NCBI GenBank assembly: GCA_965249575.1
Contig: OZ252244.1
Location: 3,008,001 to 3,072,000, forward strand
Source: Gemmatimonadales bacterium
GTDB taxonomy: Bacteria > Gemmatimonadota > Gemmatimonadetes > Gemmatimonadales > GWC2-71-9
DNA length: 64,000 nt
Direction: 5' to 3'
Positions 40,863 through 50,951 of the stretch are shown here, piece by piece (within the stretch, counting starts at the first letter, position 1; each line of letters begins with the position of its first letter). Both the position numbers and the translations under genes were made by a program. The notes under the pieces are model-generated. The model was not told where the DNA came from. It saw only the letters and a list, made by a program, of their open reading frames with translations, and did not search any database.

Positions 40863-41093
40863 GTGTCCGCACGCACATCTTGTTCGGAGCTCCCCAATCG
40901 TTGCGAGGTCGGTGCTGGAAGGATTGAAACAGCCGGTCCGGGCCCGGGCCGGGGCCACTCCCTCACTTGGCATCGACCGCCTGAGATCGCCGCGGCAGGC
41001 TACATTGCCGCTGCCCCGGGCCTCGATCCTGGCCGGGGCCGCCCTCACTACCGCCATCGGAGACCTCGTTACCTCAATCGTGCGGCACATCTT
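40863..41093 (-). ncRNA. Candidate rod-like structured ncRNA (6S-like or unknown)
   Basis: Nested inverted repeats: 40863-73/41079-88, 40887-98/41056-67, 40903-12/41039-48, 40920-27/41023-30, plus two apical hairpins. G-U pairs favour the minus strand. Confidence 0.45.
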
Positions 41094-41219
41094 TGACAGC
41101 CGGCCCAATTCGATCGGAGTACTATTCGCCCGACGCCAGTCCGACGTCGGGAAGGGCGCCGATTACGGCGTCGTTTTGATACTGGCCCTGTCCGGGGCGG
41201 TGCCAGTCGGGAACGGCCG

Positions 41220-42416
41220 ATGAAACGCATCGCCGTGCTGATGGCGACGGCGTTCGTGGACATGATCGGCTTCGCGATCGTCTTCCCACTGTTGCCGTTT
41301 TACGCCCTCCGGCTGAACGCGGACCCGTGGATGATCGGGTGGATGATCGCCACGTTCTCCATCGCGCAGCTCGCCTCGGCACCGCTGTGGGGACGGGTGT
41401 CCGACCGGTACGGCCGCCGGCCGGCGATCATCATCGGGCTGTGCGCGTCGGCGATCGCGTTCGTCGTGTTCGCGTTCGCGTCGAGCGCTTGGATGTTGTT
41501 CCTCTCCCGGTTCATTCAAGGGGCGGGAGGAGGCACGACGGGCGTCGCGCAGGCCTACATTGGCGATGCCATCGAGCCGAAGAACCGGGCGAAGGCGCTT
41601 GGATGGCTTTCTGCCGCCACCAGTGCCGGAGTCATGATCGGGCCGGCAATCGGGTCCCTGTCCACGAACCTGGGCGTCGCCGCGCCGGGACTCATCGCCG
41701 CATCGCTCTGCCTGCTGAACGTAGGGTTCGCGTGGCGCTGGCTGCCCGAGTCATCGCCGGCCAGGACGCGCGGCAACGAGGCTGACGGGGAACCTCGGCC
41801 TGCAATCCGGTCACTGCGTCATGTCGTTTTGGACGTGCTGACGGCACCGCGGAGTGACGTGCCACGACTCATCTGGATCTATACGGTCGGGATGCTGGGA
41901 TTCATGTCCATGACCGGCGTGCTCGCGCTGTACCTGGACTACTGTTTCGGCATCACCGAAAAGACGATCGGCCTGTTCTTCCTGTACGTGGGACTGTTGT
42001 CGCTTATCATGCGGGCCTGGGTCCTGGGAACGATGGTGGATCGCTTCGGCGAGGCCAAGGTGATGCGCATGGGTGCGGTGCTGCTCGCGATTGGACTGGG
42101 CGCGATCCCGCTGCCGCACTCCATCGTGGGGCTCGCGGCGGTCATCGCGCTCGTCCCGATCGGAACGGCGTTCCTGTTCCCGTCAGTCTCGGCTCTAGTG
42201 ACGCATCGTGCGCCCAAAGGGGAGATCGGGCAGGTCTTGGGCGTTCAGCAGGCATTCGGCGGGGTCTCGAGGGTCATCGCTCCCATTTGGGCGACCGCCG
42301 CCTTCCAGGGACTCGGCGAGCAGGACCCGTTCTACATCGCCGCCGGCGTCGTGGCGGTGGTGACAGTGCTTGCGTTCCGCGTCAGGGCCGCGGAGCCGGT
42401 CCCCGCCGAAGCGTAG
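41220..42416 (+). CDS. MFS transporter (TetA/DHA1-like)
   Basis: Motif A GRVSDRYGRRP, SRFIQG, GVMIGPAIG; about 12 TM helices. Confidence 0.92.
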   Translation: MKRIAVLMATAFVDMIGFAIVFPLLPFYALRLNADPWMIGWMIATFSIAQLASAPLWGRVSDRYGRRPAIIIGLCASAIAFVVFAFASSAWMLFLSRFIQGAGGGTTGVAQAYIGDAIEPKNRAKALGWLSAATSAGVMIGPAIGSLSTNLGVAAPGLIAASLCLLNVGFAWRWLPESSPARTRGNEADGEPRPAIRSLRHVVLDVLTAPRSDVPRLIWIYTVGMLGFMSMTGVLALYLDYCFGITEKTIGLFFLYVGLLSLIMRAWVLGTMVDRFGEAKVMRMGAVLLAIGLGAIPLPHSIVGLAAVIALVPIGTAFLFPSVSALVTHRAPKGEIGQVLGVQQAFGGVSRVIAPIWATAAFQGLGEQDPFYIAAGVVAVVTVLAFRVRAAEPVPAEA

Positions 42417-42435
42417 GGTGGCGTTTTTCATCAAT

Positions 42436-42495
42436 CATTCGTCATCTGTCATGACCACTCACGACTCATCACTCGCTACTCGCTACTCACTCCTC
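42436..42495. repeat. Degenerate heptamer run (ACTCACG/ACTCATC/ACTCGCT/ACTCACT)
   Basis: About five 7-bp units between convergent stop codons. Confidence 0.7.
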
Positions 42496-42496
42496 C

Positions 42497-44194
42497 CTAC
42501 ACTCTGTCCCGCCGAGATCGCCTGTACACGATCTCGCCTCCCAAGACGGTCAACACCACGCGGGTATCGAGGATTTGCTCGGGTGCGACCGTCATGATGT
42601 CCTGATCGAGTACGACGAAGTCGCCGTATTTCCCCGGGGTCAAGGAACCGCTCTCGTGCTCCATGAATGCGGCGTGAGCGGGCCAGAGCGTCATGCTGAG
42701 CAGCGCCTCCTCGCGCGTCGTTCGCTGTTCCGGGAACCAGCCGCCAGCGGGAAAATCGTTCTCGTCCTGGCGTGCGACAAAGGCGTGGAACGATATGAGC
42801 GGATTGGCTGACTCGACGGGAAAGTCGGATCCGTTCGGGATGATGACGCCGGCGTCGAGAAAAGATCGCCAGGCATAGGCCCCCCGAATGCGAGTCGGCC
42901 CGACGCGGTCTACAGCCCAGTACATGTCGCTGGTTTGGTGGCTCCCCTGCATGGAGGGCATGACTCCCAGCTCCGCGAACCGAGGGATGTCATCCCAGTG
43001 CACGACCTGCGCGTGCTCGACTCGGAATCGATGGTCGGCTGTCGGTACCTCATCCAGCGCGGCCTCGAAGGCGTCGAGCACCATCCGGTTGCCGCGGTCG
43101 CCGATCGCATGGACGTTGAGCTGGAAGCCGGTTTGGAGCGCGCGCGTGCCGACCCGCCTGATCCGCTCGAAACTCTCCGTGATCAAGCCGGTGTTGCCGG
43201 GGTCGTCAGCGTAGGGCTCGAGTAGGGCGGCTCCCCGGCTCCCCAGTGCGCCGTCGGCCGTGATCTTGATGGATCGGATCCACAGCCGGCCGTCATGAAG
43301 TGCGTCCCGAGGTCCAGCGTTCATGTAGCGCTCGAGCGTGCTGTCGGCCGCACGGATCATCAGATAGTTCCGGAGGTCGTACCGGCCCTCGGCGGCGAGC
43401 TCGGCGTATACCTCGATCTCGGTCTCTGACACGCCGGCGTCGTGCATGCCGGTGATGCCCCACCGGTTGAGCTCGGTGATCGCCGCGAGCGTCTGTTCCC
43501 GCAGCTCGCCTCGTGACGCCCGGGGCATCACCGCCGACACGATTCGCTGGGCGCGGTCGATCAACACACCAGTTGGGCTTCCGTTCGCCCCACGAATGAT
43601 CCTGCCTCCGTCCGGGTCCTTCGTGCGTGCGGTCACGCCGGCCAGCTCCATCGCCTTCGCGTTGACCAGCGCGGCGTGTCCATCGATCCGTGTCATGTAG
43701 ACGGGATGATCCGGCACGGCCTTCGAGAGCGCCTCATGGGTGGGAAACCGCATGTCGGCCCAGTCATTCTGGTCCCAGCCGCGGCCGCGAACCCATTCGC
43801 CTTTGCCCATGGTGCGTGCCCGATCCACGACGCGAGCAAGCACCTCTTCGTAGGAGCGCGTTCCGACGAGATCGACCGTTCGGAGCGCGAGCCCCAACCC
43901 CGTCAGATGTCCATGCGCATCGATGAGCCCCGGCAACACCGTCCGCCCCTCGACGTCCAACTGTTGGGTCCCGGGACCTGTGAGGGCGGTCGCGCCCCGC
44001 GCGTCTCCCACGAACACCACTCGGCCGTCACGAATCGCCAGCGCCTCGGCGATCGGTCTACTCTGATCGGCGGTGTAGATACGGGCGTTGGTGACGACGA
44101 GATCGGCCGGCTGTTGGGCGGCCGTTCGCGCGGTGAATCCGAAAAGCGCCGTGCCGGCCGCCAACCAGGTTACCATGTCGGCTGCGATCCGCAT
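42497..44194 (-). CDS. Secreted amidohydrolase (YtcJ/Amidohydro_3 family)
   Basis: PGLIDAHGH, RIDGHAALVN, DGALGSRGA, HAIGDRGN, RVEHAQ and GSDFPVE motifs. GGAG precedes ATG 44194 (alternative start 44206). Confidence 0.92.
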   Translation of the reverse strand: MRIAADMVTWLAAGTALFGFTARTAAQQPADLVVTNARIYTADQSRPIAEALAIRDGRVVFVGDARGATALTGPGTQQLDVEGRTVLPGLIDAHGHLTGLGLALRTVDLVGTRSYEEVLARVVDRARTMGKGEWVRGRGWDQNDWADMRFPTHEALSKAVPDHPVYMTRIDGHAALVNAKAMELAGVTARTKDPDGGRIIRGANGSPTGVLIDRAQRIVSAVMPRASRGELREQTLAAITELNRWGITGMHDAGVSETEIEVYAELAAEGRYDLRNYLMIRAADSTLERYMNAGPRDALHDGRLWIRSIKITADGALGSRGAALLEPYADDPGNTGLITESFERIRRVGTRALQTGFQLNVHAIGDRGNRMVLDAFEAALDEVPTADHRFRVEHAQVVHWDDIPRFAELGVMPSMQGSHQTSDMYWAVDRVGPTRIRGAYAWRSFLDAGVIIPNGSDFPVESANPLISFHAFVARQDENDFPAGGWFPEQRTTREEALLSMTLWPAHAAFMEHESGSLTPGKYGDFVVLDQDIMTVAPEQILDTRVVLTVLGGEIVYRRSRRDRV

Positions 44195-44234
44195 CTGGTC
44201 TCCCATCGAATGTTGAACGTTCCGGCCGGGGGCC

Positions 44235-45062
44235 TCAACGCAAGGACGCCGCCAGGAACTCGTGAAACGTCGCTCGGTAACGGCGCATGTTGTATGTCTC
44301 GTTGTGTCCCGCGCCCTCGATCACTACGAGACGGCCGTCCCCGCTCGCTTCCGTAACTGCGCGGCCCATGCTCAGAGGAGCGACGCGGTCCTCTGAGCCG
44401 TGAAACACCAGCAGTGGAATGTCGAGCGAGCGTGCGCGCGAAACGTTATCCATCGAGAGTCGCACCAGGAACTTGGGCAGGAATGGGTAGTGAAGGTCCG
44501 CCATTTCGATCGCGCTGGAGAACGGTGAGTCCAGAACAAGGGCTGCCACCGGCCTGCTCATCGCGACGTGCAGCGCGAAGGCGCTGCCCAGCGAGCGGCC
44601 GTAGGCGGCGATCCGATTGGAATTGACCTTTGGACGGGCGGCCAGGAAATCCCACGCCGCCTCGGCATCCCGATATAGTCCGGGCTCGGTCGGCGTGGAT
44701 CCCGACTCGCCGTAGCCGCGGTAGTCCAGGATGAGCAACGCTGTGCCCGGCGGCCGCAGTTCGCGAATGATCGGCGCCAGCGCGGCAACGGTTTCCATGT
44801 TGCCATAAAACCAGAGGAGACCGGGCGCGTCGGTTCCGTCGGACGGTGCCGGCGAAGGCGGCAGATACCAGCCGTGCAGCTCGACGCTGTCGGCGGTCGT
44901 CACGGTTACCCGCTCGCCATCGGCAATGCGCGCCGCAGTGGGGTCGGGGAGCCGGTGGCGCGGTCCGGGAAACGCCAGGCGCTCTTGAAACTTCCACGCT
45001 AGTGTGGCGAGGAGCACATACAGTACCGCGAGGATGGCCAGGATCTTCAGGGCCGAGAGCAT
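44235..45062 (-). CDS. Alpha/beta hydrolase (BEM46/ABHD13-like)
   Basis: N-terminal TM anchor; DYRGYGES, GRSLG, HGSED and GAGHN motifs. Confidence 0.9.
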   Translation of the reverse strand: MLSALKILAILAVLYVLLATLAWKFQERLAFPGPRHRLPDPTAARIADGERVTVTTADSVELHGWYLPPSPAPSDGTDAPGLLWFYGNMETVAALAPIIRELRPPGTALLILDYRGYGESGSTPTEPGLYRDAEAAWDFLAARPKVNSNRIAAYGRSLGSAFALHVAMSRPVAALVLDSPFSSAIEMADLHYPFLPKFLVRLSMDNVSRARSLDIPLLVFHGSEDRVAPLSMGRAVTEASGDGRLVVIEGAGHNETYNMRRYRATFHEFLAASLR

Positions 45063-45069
45063 GTGTGTA

Positions 45070-45202
45070 GGGTATAGGGAGTTGGGGGTAGGGGATAGGG
45101 GGTGGGGACTGGCCATTTCGACTGAGGATTGGCCACTGAGGATTGGGTGTAGGTAGCCATTCGAGAATCCCTATCCTCTGATTCCTACCCCCTACCCCCT
45201 AA
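45070..45202. repeat. Inverted heptamer-arm element (GGGRTAG / CTAYCCC)
   Basis: Left arm GGGGTAG-GGGATAG-GGGGTGG; right arm CCTATCC...CCTACCC-CCTACCC-CCTA; internal duplication of ACTGAGGATTGG. Confidence 0.65.
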
Positions 45203-46488
45203 GCGACATTCCCTCTCTGCGGCCCGCTGCCAGACACGTACCTCCGGCCGGGTCGGACGCCGCCCGCCTCCGCGGAACAGCGCGTGGATGGTCACCCACA
45301 GCTCGTGGGGGTCGGTACTCGCCAGGGCGCACACCGTTGGAACGCCCGCGGTCTTGAGCTGCGCGGCGTGCAGAGCGCCGATGCCCTGCAATGTCGTGAG
45401 TCGAGCGGTCTCGAGGAGGGCGGTGGCGCGTTCGGGGACTAGCCCCGTGGCGACTGTGAGCGTCGCCGGATCTTCAATGTCAATTGCGAGTTCGAATGGG
45501 GAATAAATACCTGCGCTCTCCAGTACGGCGACCTCGGAGACCGACATGCCGTGGAGGTGTGCCAGAGTCGGGACGGTCGAGCTGACGGTCACCCGGTCCA
45601 TTTCGCTCAGCGTCACGAACGCAAAAGTCCCGGCCAGGATTGTCGCGAGTCCGGTCCGAACCGGTCGGACGCTGGTTGGAGCGCCGGTGGGAACGGCGAC
45701 GCCGGCACTGCACAGGGCGTGGTAGAGCGCCCACGCGCTCAGCGCGAACACGGGGAAGCCGGCGAAGCCGAATGGCGGCATTTCGAACCATTTCGTATCC
45801 TCCAGCCAGGGGACGGTATACACCCATTTTCCGCGGGCCCAGTAGTTGTAACCCTCCCACAGCAAACCGACTCCCAGACCACCGAGCATGAGTCTAGCGA
45901 CTCGGCCCCAATCTCCGCGCTCCAGATCGGCGATGAGCGACAGCTCCGGCCGCCGGCGGTAGACGAAGGGATCCGCGATGAGTAGCGCGGCCCCCCAGCA
46001 CAGGGGAAAGAACGTGCGCGGCCAAATGAGGGACATCGCGAGCGTCGCTACACCCAGGAGCGTCGCGACGGAGAGGCTCCCGGGCGGCACGGTCACGGGT
46101 CGTCCCCGCCTGTCGGTCGCACTCCAACCCCCTCTAACACACGCTCGGCGAGGAACAGGGCGGGGAGTACCGTTGCAAACGAAAGCAAGACGCCGGCCCA
46201 CCGCTCGACCTTCGCGTGCGGGAGGAACACGTAGTACCAGTTGTCGAGGCGGAAGTTCGCGGCTTCGTACAGGAGCCAAACGATCGCGGACCACCCGAAC
46301 AGCGACACGAGCTGCCCGGGACGCTGGAACGGCCGAGCACCCGCGCCGCCGTGACGAACGATGCGTTCGAGGAGCAAGAGGGTCGGGTACCAAGCGAACA
46401 CGTAGAACCAGGTGGAAACCGGCTCGACGCGGAAATAGAGCAGGACCCAAGCGGCAACCAGCGCGATGGCTGGGAGGACGATCAGCAT
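45185..46488 (-). CDS. Multi-TM membrane protein with C-terminal DUF4332-like helix-hairpin-helix domain, frameshift at ~46105
   Basis: Duplicated W..YE..N....W.Y motif (WLLYEAANFRLDNWYY / LWEGYNYWARGKWVY), FEMPPFG, and C-terminal LQGIG...L..AGV..V..LA...P..EVRVW. Confidence 0.75.
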
Positions 46489-46493
46489 AGGTA

Positions 46494-46570
46494 GTGCCGG
46501 GTACCAGGTTTCAGCTTCAGGGATCTTTGGAATACTACGCTGGCACCTGGCACCTGGCACCTGACACCTG
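46494..46570. repeat. Inverted heptamer-arm element (GTGYCAG-type)
   Basis: Right arm (TGGCACC)3-TGACACC; left arm GTGCCGG-GTACCAG-GTTTCAG. Same family as 24717-24862. Confidence 0.7.
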
Positions 46571-46616
46571 TTCCCCCACCTTCCCCTCGTCCCGCACCCT
46601 GGTTTGATTGCCCTTC

Positions 46617-47545
46617 ATGAGCGATATCGCCGTGCATTGTCGTGGATTGGTCAAGCATTATGGCCAAGTGGTCGCCGTGGACGGGCTGGACCTGGAAGTT
46701 CGCCGAGGGGAGTGCTTTGGCCTGCTCGGGCCAAATGGTGCCGGGAAGACCACGACCATCGAGATGATCCAGGGGTTGTTGCACCCGGACTCCGGGACGA
46801 TCGAGGTCCTGGGCGTGCCGTGGAAGGGGCATGAGCGCGAGATCCGGCAGCGCATGGGAACGCAGCTTCAGGAGACCAAGCTCCCCGAGAAGCTCACGGT
46901 TCAGGAAACGCTCGAGCTGTTCGGCAGTTTCTACCACGTTGCGCGCCCGGTAGAGGAAGTTCTCGAGAAGGTGGGGTTACAGGACAAGCGTCGGAGCTGG
47001 GTCAACAAGCTGTCGGGCGGGCAGCGTCAGCGTTTGGCAGTCGCCTGTTCCCTGGTGAGCGATCCGGACGTGCTGTTCATGGACGAGCCGACGAGCGGGC
47101 TCGATCCGCAGTCACGCCACCAACTGTGGGCGATCATCGCCGAGTTTCAGTCGCGGGGCGGTACGGTACTGGTGACAACACACTACATGGAGGAGGCCGA
47201 ACGGCTGTGCGATCGGGTGGCGGTGGTCGATCACGGGCGCATAATCGCGCTCGGGTCACCCAAGGATCTCATTGCGTCGCTCGGCGCCGAGCACGTGGTG
47301 GCGTTCGCGCTCGCCAACGGGGGGCGCTCGACACCGCCGATTTGCACCGGCTGCCTGGCGTGAAACACGTGCACGCGGACAGCGAGTCGATGAGGCTCAC
47401 GGTGACGCGCGTTCACGAGACGGTACCGGCGCTCATGCTCCTGCTGCGAGAGCAGGGAGTGGAGTCGAGTGAGTTGGCGACGCATCACGCGACGCTCGAA
47501 GACGTGTTCATCTCGCTCACTGGGAGGCACCTGCGGGATGGCTAG
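46617..47545 (+). CDS. ABC-2 transporter ATP-binding protein, frameshift at ~47322
   Basis: GPNGAGKTT, LSGGQRQR, FMDEPTSGLD and TTHYMEEAE motifs. C-terminal ATLEDVFISLTGRHLRD lies in the -1 frame. Confidence 0.9.
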
Positions 47546-48578
47546 ACGTGGAGGAAGCTCTTTGTACCAGCTCACGCTCTGGCGGGTGCGAGAGTTCATT
47601 CGGGAGCCCGAGGCGGTGTTCTGGATATTTGCTTTCCCCGTGCTGCTAGCGTTTGCGCTCGGGATCGCATTCAAATACCGGGGGCCGACGCCCGTGACGG
47701 TCGCCGTCGAAGAAGGGCCGGGCGCGGCCACCCTGGTGAGCACGCTAGAGTCCAGCCAAGGCATCACGGCGCGGGTTCTCGACGGGCCCCACGCCCAGAA
47801 TCAACTCCGCACCGGCCGGGTGTCCCTCGTGGCGGTCCCGGGCGATCCGGTGGTCTTCCGTTACGATTCCACGAGGGAGGAAAGTCACTTGGCTCGACTC
47901 GTCGTGACGAACGTGCTGCAGGCAGCCGGCGGCAGGCGAGACGTCCGAGTCATTCGGGAGGAACGGGTGACCGAGCCGGGATCACGCTACATCGACTTTC
48001 TCATCCCGGGACTCCTCGGCATGAACATCATGGGGACAGGGATGTGGGGAATCGGGTTCGGAGTCGTGAAGACTCGCTCCGACAAGCTGCTCAAGCGATT
48101 GCTGGCCTCGCCCATGACGAAGAGCGAGTACCTCATGGCGCACGTTCTGGCGCGGCTGGTGTTCTTGGCACTCGAGGTCGCGGCCGTGCTGGTCTTCGCC
48201 GCTCTCGCCTTCCAAGTGCCGGTGCGGGGTTCGCTGTTGACGATCGGGTTGATCGTGGTTCTGGGCGCCATGACGTTCTCCGGCATGGGGCTCTTGGTGG
48301 CCAGCCGCTCGAAGACCGTCGAGGGTGTCTCCGGACTCATGAATCTTGTCATGGTCCCGATGTGGATCTGTTCCGGGGTATTCTTCTCGTGGTCCCACTT
48401 CCCCGAGGCGGTTCAGCCCTTCATCAGGGCGCTCCCGCTCACCGCGCTCAACGACGCCTTGCGGGCCACAATGATCGACGGAGCTCCGGCCATCCAGTCG
48501 GCGGGAGCCGTCGGGGTCGTCGGGCTCTGGGGCGTGGTCAGTTTTGCGGCCGCGCTCAAGATCTTTCGCTGGTCATAG
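47538..48578 (+). CDS. ABC-2 transporter permease
   Basis: REFIREPEAVFWIFAFP, YIDFLIPGLLGMN, SGVFF and LPLTALNDALR motifs. Confidence 0.9.
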   Translation: MARRGGSSLYQLTLWRVREFIREPEAVFWIFAFPVLLAFALGIAFKYRGPTPVTVAVEEGPGAATLVSTLESSQGITARVLDGPHAQNQLRTGRVSLVAVPGDPVVFRYDSTREESHLARLVVTNVLQAAGGRRDVRVIREERVTEPGSRYIDFLIPGLLGMNIMGTGMWGIGFGVVKTRSDKLLKRLLASPMTKSEYLMAHVLARLVFLALEVAAVLVFAALAFQVPVRGSLLTIGLIVVLGAMTFSGMGLLVASRSKTVEGVSGLMNLVMVPMWICSGVFFSWSHFPEAVQPFIRALPLTALNDALRATMIDGAPAIQSAGAVGVVGLWGVVSFAAALKIFRWS

Positions 48579-48603
48579 GGCCGGCAACCGTCCGGGACTG
48601 GTG

Positions 48604-48635
48604 AATTGACTTCAATTGGTGTGACAGGTCTCACG
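48604..48635. promoter_or_regulatory. Palindromic operator candidates, including a CRP/FNR-family box
   Basis: AATTGA-CT-TCAATT at 48604-48617 and TGTGA-N6-TCACG at 48620-48635. Confidence 0.35.
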
Positions 48636-48709
48636 GTAACGCCCGAGGAATGGTGTGACGATACTCTCCAGAGGATCGACGCACACCACCAACCCGGGAG
48701 TTATCACGA

Positions 48710-49063
48710 ATGGGCGACAAACCCAGCGGAAAGGCCCTACGGCGGCTCAGCTCCCTCGAAGAGGCGAAGCGAAAGCTTGATCGGATTCACGGTCTGGTCG
48801 AGCAGCTCGCTAGCGCGAGGTCGGGTGAGGAAGCGATGCTCCGCTCGGTCGGACGGGCCACCGCGGAGGTCGCCCGTCTGTTCGCGGACAACGCCCTGGC
48901 GGTCATGGCGGACACTGCCGGGAAGATGGCCATGATAGCGTCCCGTGGCGGTGGGCTGAACATGAAAGTTCGCGCGCTCCGGGAAATGGTTGGCTCGTTG
49001 CGGGCCAATCTGGAAACGCAGGCCAGAGTCATCGCCGCCGAGGACACCAGGGAAACGGCATAG
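48710..49063 (+). CDS. Hypothetical all-helical protein (117 aa)
   Basis: ORF fills the gap; GGGAG upstream; amphipathic helical pattern. Confidence 0.7.
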   Translation: MGDKPSGKALRRLSSLEEAKRKLDRIHGLVEQLASARSGEEAMLRSVGRATAEVARLFADNALAVMADTAGKMAMIASRGGGLNMKVRALREMVGSLRANLETQARVIAAEDTRETA

Positions 49064-49120
49064 CCCCGCAGGGCCCACGCGCGCCCTTCACCAAATCGGA
49101 GTCACGACCGACCGGCTGCG

Positions 49121-49990
49121 CTATGGTCTGCGCAGGTCCTCGACCGCCTCGAGCACCGCCTCCGGGTGGGTGAGCGGGAGCCCGTGAGCCGCGCCCCGAA
49201 TGAGGCGGACACATCCGTTCGGGAGCCTGGCTGCCAGGTCCTGGCCCGCCGCGGGTGGGATGAGGGAGTCCCGGTCTCCGTGGAGCACGATCGTCGGTGT
49301 CGCGATCTCGGCGAGCCGGTCGCGGACGTCGAAGCCTTCCATCGCCAGCCGATACGAGCGCATCGCCCGCCAATCGGTGTGGCGCCAGCCCGCCAGGTCG
49401 AGCCCGAGATCGGAGCGCCGCGCGATTGATCGAAAATCGACCCGTCCACGTGCTGGCCAGACGGCGGACACCGCCCTCTTCAGCGCGCGCGTGATCGTCG
49501 GCCGGTTCCAGAACGGCAGGATTGGCGCGAGCGGGATGCGCCACTCACGTCCCCGGCTTGCGAAGACCCGGAGCCTTAGGACCTCGTACATCGGCCCGGC
49601 CGTCGTTCCGATCAGGACGAGTCCCCGGACGTGCTCGTCGGCGTGCGCGCGATTGTGGAGGAGCCACTCGAGGGCGAGCATGCCACCGAAGCTGTGCGCC
49701 ACGACGACCTTGGGAGGGCCCTGCCAGACCGGCTCGTCCCTCAGCCGCGCATCGAGCAGGCGCACGTACAGGCGCATTCTGTCACGCAGCAGCTCCGCGC
49801 TCGATCCGTCTCGGCCGATGTGGAGATCGTTGAAATCGACGGCAATGGTTGGCCGGCCGAAATCAGGGAAGAGCGTCTCGTTCATCGTCATGCCAGGCAG
49901 GATCAGGATGCACGGTCCGTCCTGCATTACATGACTCGCCTGATCAATCGCCGGGTTCGGCGCGCCGCCATTCCGGGCTTGCTGAGCCAC
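49121..49990 (-). CDS. Alpha/beta hydrolase
   Basis: AHSFGG nucleophile elbow, LHGDRDSLIP and GAAHG. Start uncertain (49990 or 49928). Confidence 0.85.
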   Translation of the reverse strand: MAQQARNGGAPNPAIDQASHVMQDGPCILILPGMTMNETLFPDFGRPTIAVDFNDLHIGRDGSSAELLRDRMRLYVRLLDARLRDEPVWQGPPKVVVAHSFGGMLALEWLLHNRAHADEHVRGLVLIGTTAGPMYEVLRLRVFASRGREWRIPLAPILPFWNRPTITRALKRAVSAVWPARGRVDFRSIARRSDLGLDLAGWRHTDWRAMRSYRLAMEGFDVRDRLAEIATPTIVLHGDRDSLIPPAAGQDLAARLPNGCVRLIRGAAHGLPLTHPEAVLEAVEDLRRP

Positions 49991-50018
49991 GGTCTGCGCC
50001 GCCTGAGAGTACCGCGGT

Positions 50019-50951
50019 TCAGTCCGTCGGGACGCTGCGCAGCCAGCGGTTGGGGTCCGGTGCCTTGCCGGTGACGAGCGAGAGATAAGCGTCCTGAAGC
50101 TCGCGGGTGATCGGCCCTCTCGAACCGGCTCCGACCTTCATCCGATCCACCGATCGAACCGGCGTGACCTCGACGGCCGTTCCGCAGAAGAAGAGCTCGT
50201 CCGCGATATAGAGCGCCTCACGGGGGATTTCCTGTTCGACGATGACGTGTCCCCGCTCGCGCGCCAGCCGTACGATCGTATCCCGGGTGATGCCCGGCAG
50301 GATGGACGTGCTGAGAGGCGGGGTGAAGATCTGGCCGTCGCGAACCAGGAACAGGTTCTCGCCGGATCCCTCACTCACGAGCCCCCGGGCGTCGAGCGCG
50401 ATGGCTTCGGCATATCCGTTGATGTTCGCTTCCATCCGCATGAGCTGTGAGTTCAGGTAGTTCCCGGCGGCCTTCGACATGGCGGGATGCGTGTTGGGCG
50501 CCGGCCGGTTCCACGATGAAATGCAGACGTCGACGCCTTGCGTGAGGGCTTCTTCTCCGAGGTAGGCCCCCCACGGCCAGGCGAAGATGAACACCTCGAT
50601 GGGAGCGGCCGACCCGTCGACGCCAACCGGCCCGTACCCGCGGAGTGCCAAGGGCCGGAGGTAGCACGACGACAGTTTGTTTCGAGCGACGCACTCGACA
50701 CACGCGTCCGCGAGCTGCTCGGGCGTATGCGGAAGCTCCATCCTGTAAATCAGCGCCGAGTCCCTCAGCCGCCGCATGTGCTCCAGCAGCCGGAAAATCG
50801 CGGGCCCGCGCGGGGTGGTGTAGCAACGCAGTCCCTCGAACACTGCGGATCCATAATGCACCACGTGACTGAGCGCGTGGATAGTTGCTTCGCTCCAGCG
50901 GATAAACTTCCCGTTCCGCCAGACCAGGTCGGTTTCGATAACGTTAGCCAT
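50019..50951 (-). CDS. ilvE: Branched-chain amino acid aminotransferase
   Basis: HYGSAVFEGLRCY, YLRP, KAAGNYLNS, SEGSGENLF, ILPGITR and ELFFCGTAVEVTPV motifs. Confidence 0.96.
   Translation of the reverse strand: MANVIETDLVWRNGKFIRWSEATIHALSHVVHYGSAVFEGLRCYTTPRGPAIFRLLEHMRRLRDSALIYRMELPHTPEQLADACVECVARNKLSSCYLRPLALRGYGPVGVDGSAAPIEVFIFAWPWGAYLGEEALTQGVDVCISSWNRPAPNTHPAMSKAAGNYLNSQLMRMEANINGYAEAIALDARGLVSEGSGENLFLVRDGQIFTPPLSTSILPGITRDTIVRLARERGHVIVEQEIPREALYIADELFFCGTAVEVTPVRSVDRMKVGAGSRGPITRELQDAYLSLVTGKAPDPNRWLRSVPTD

Noticed and set aside
40824..41223. Short ORFs in the SSS-MFS gap
   Set aside because: No SD or recognisable motifs and low-complexity Arg/Pro/Ala composition. The nested inverted repeats explain the region better.
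46617..47545. Programmed ribosomal frameshifting in split genes
   Set aside because: No slippery heptamer with downstream structure. The same one-base homopolymer deficit recurs in unrelated genes.
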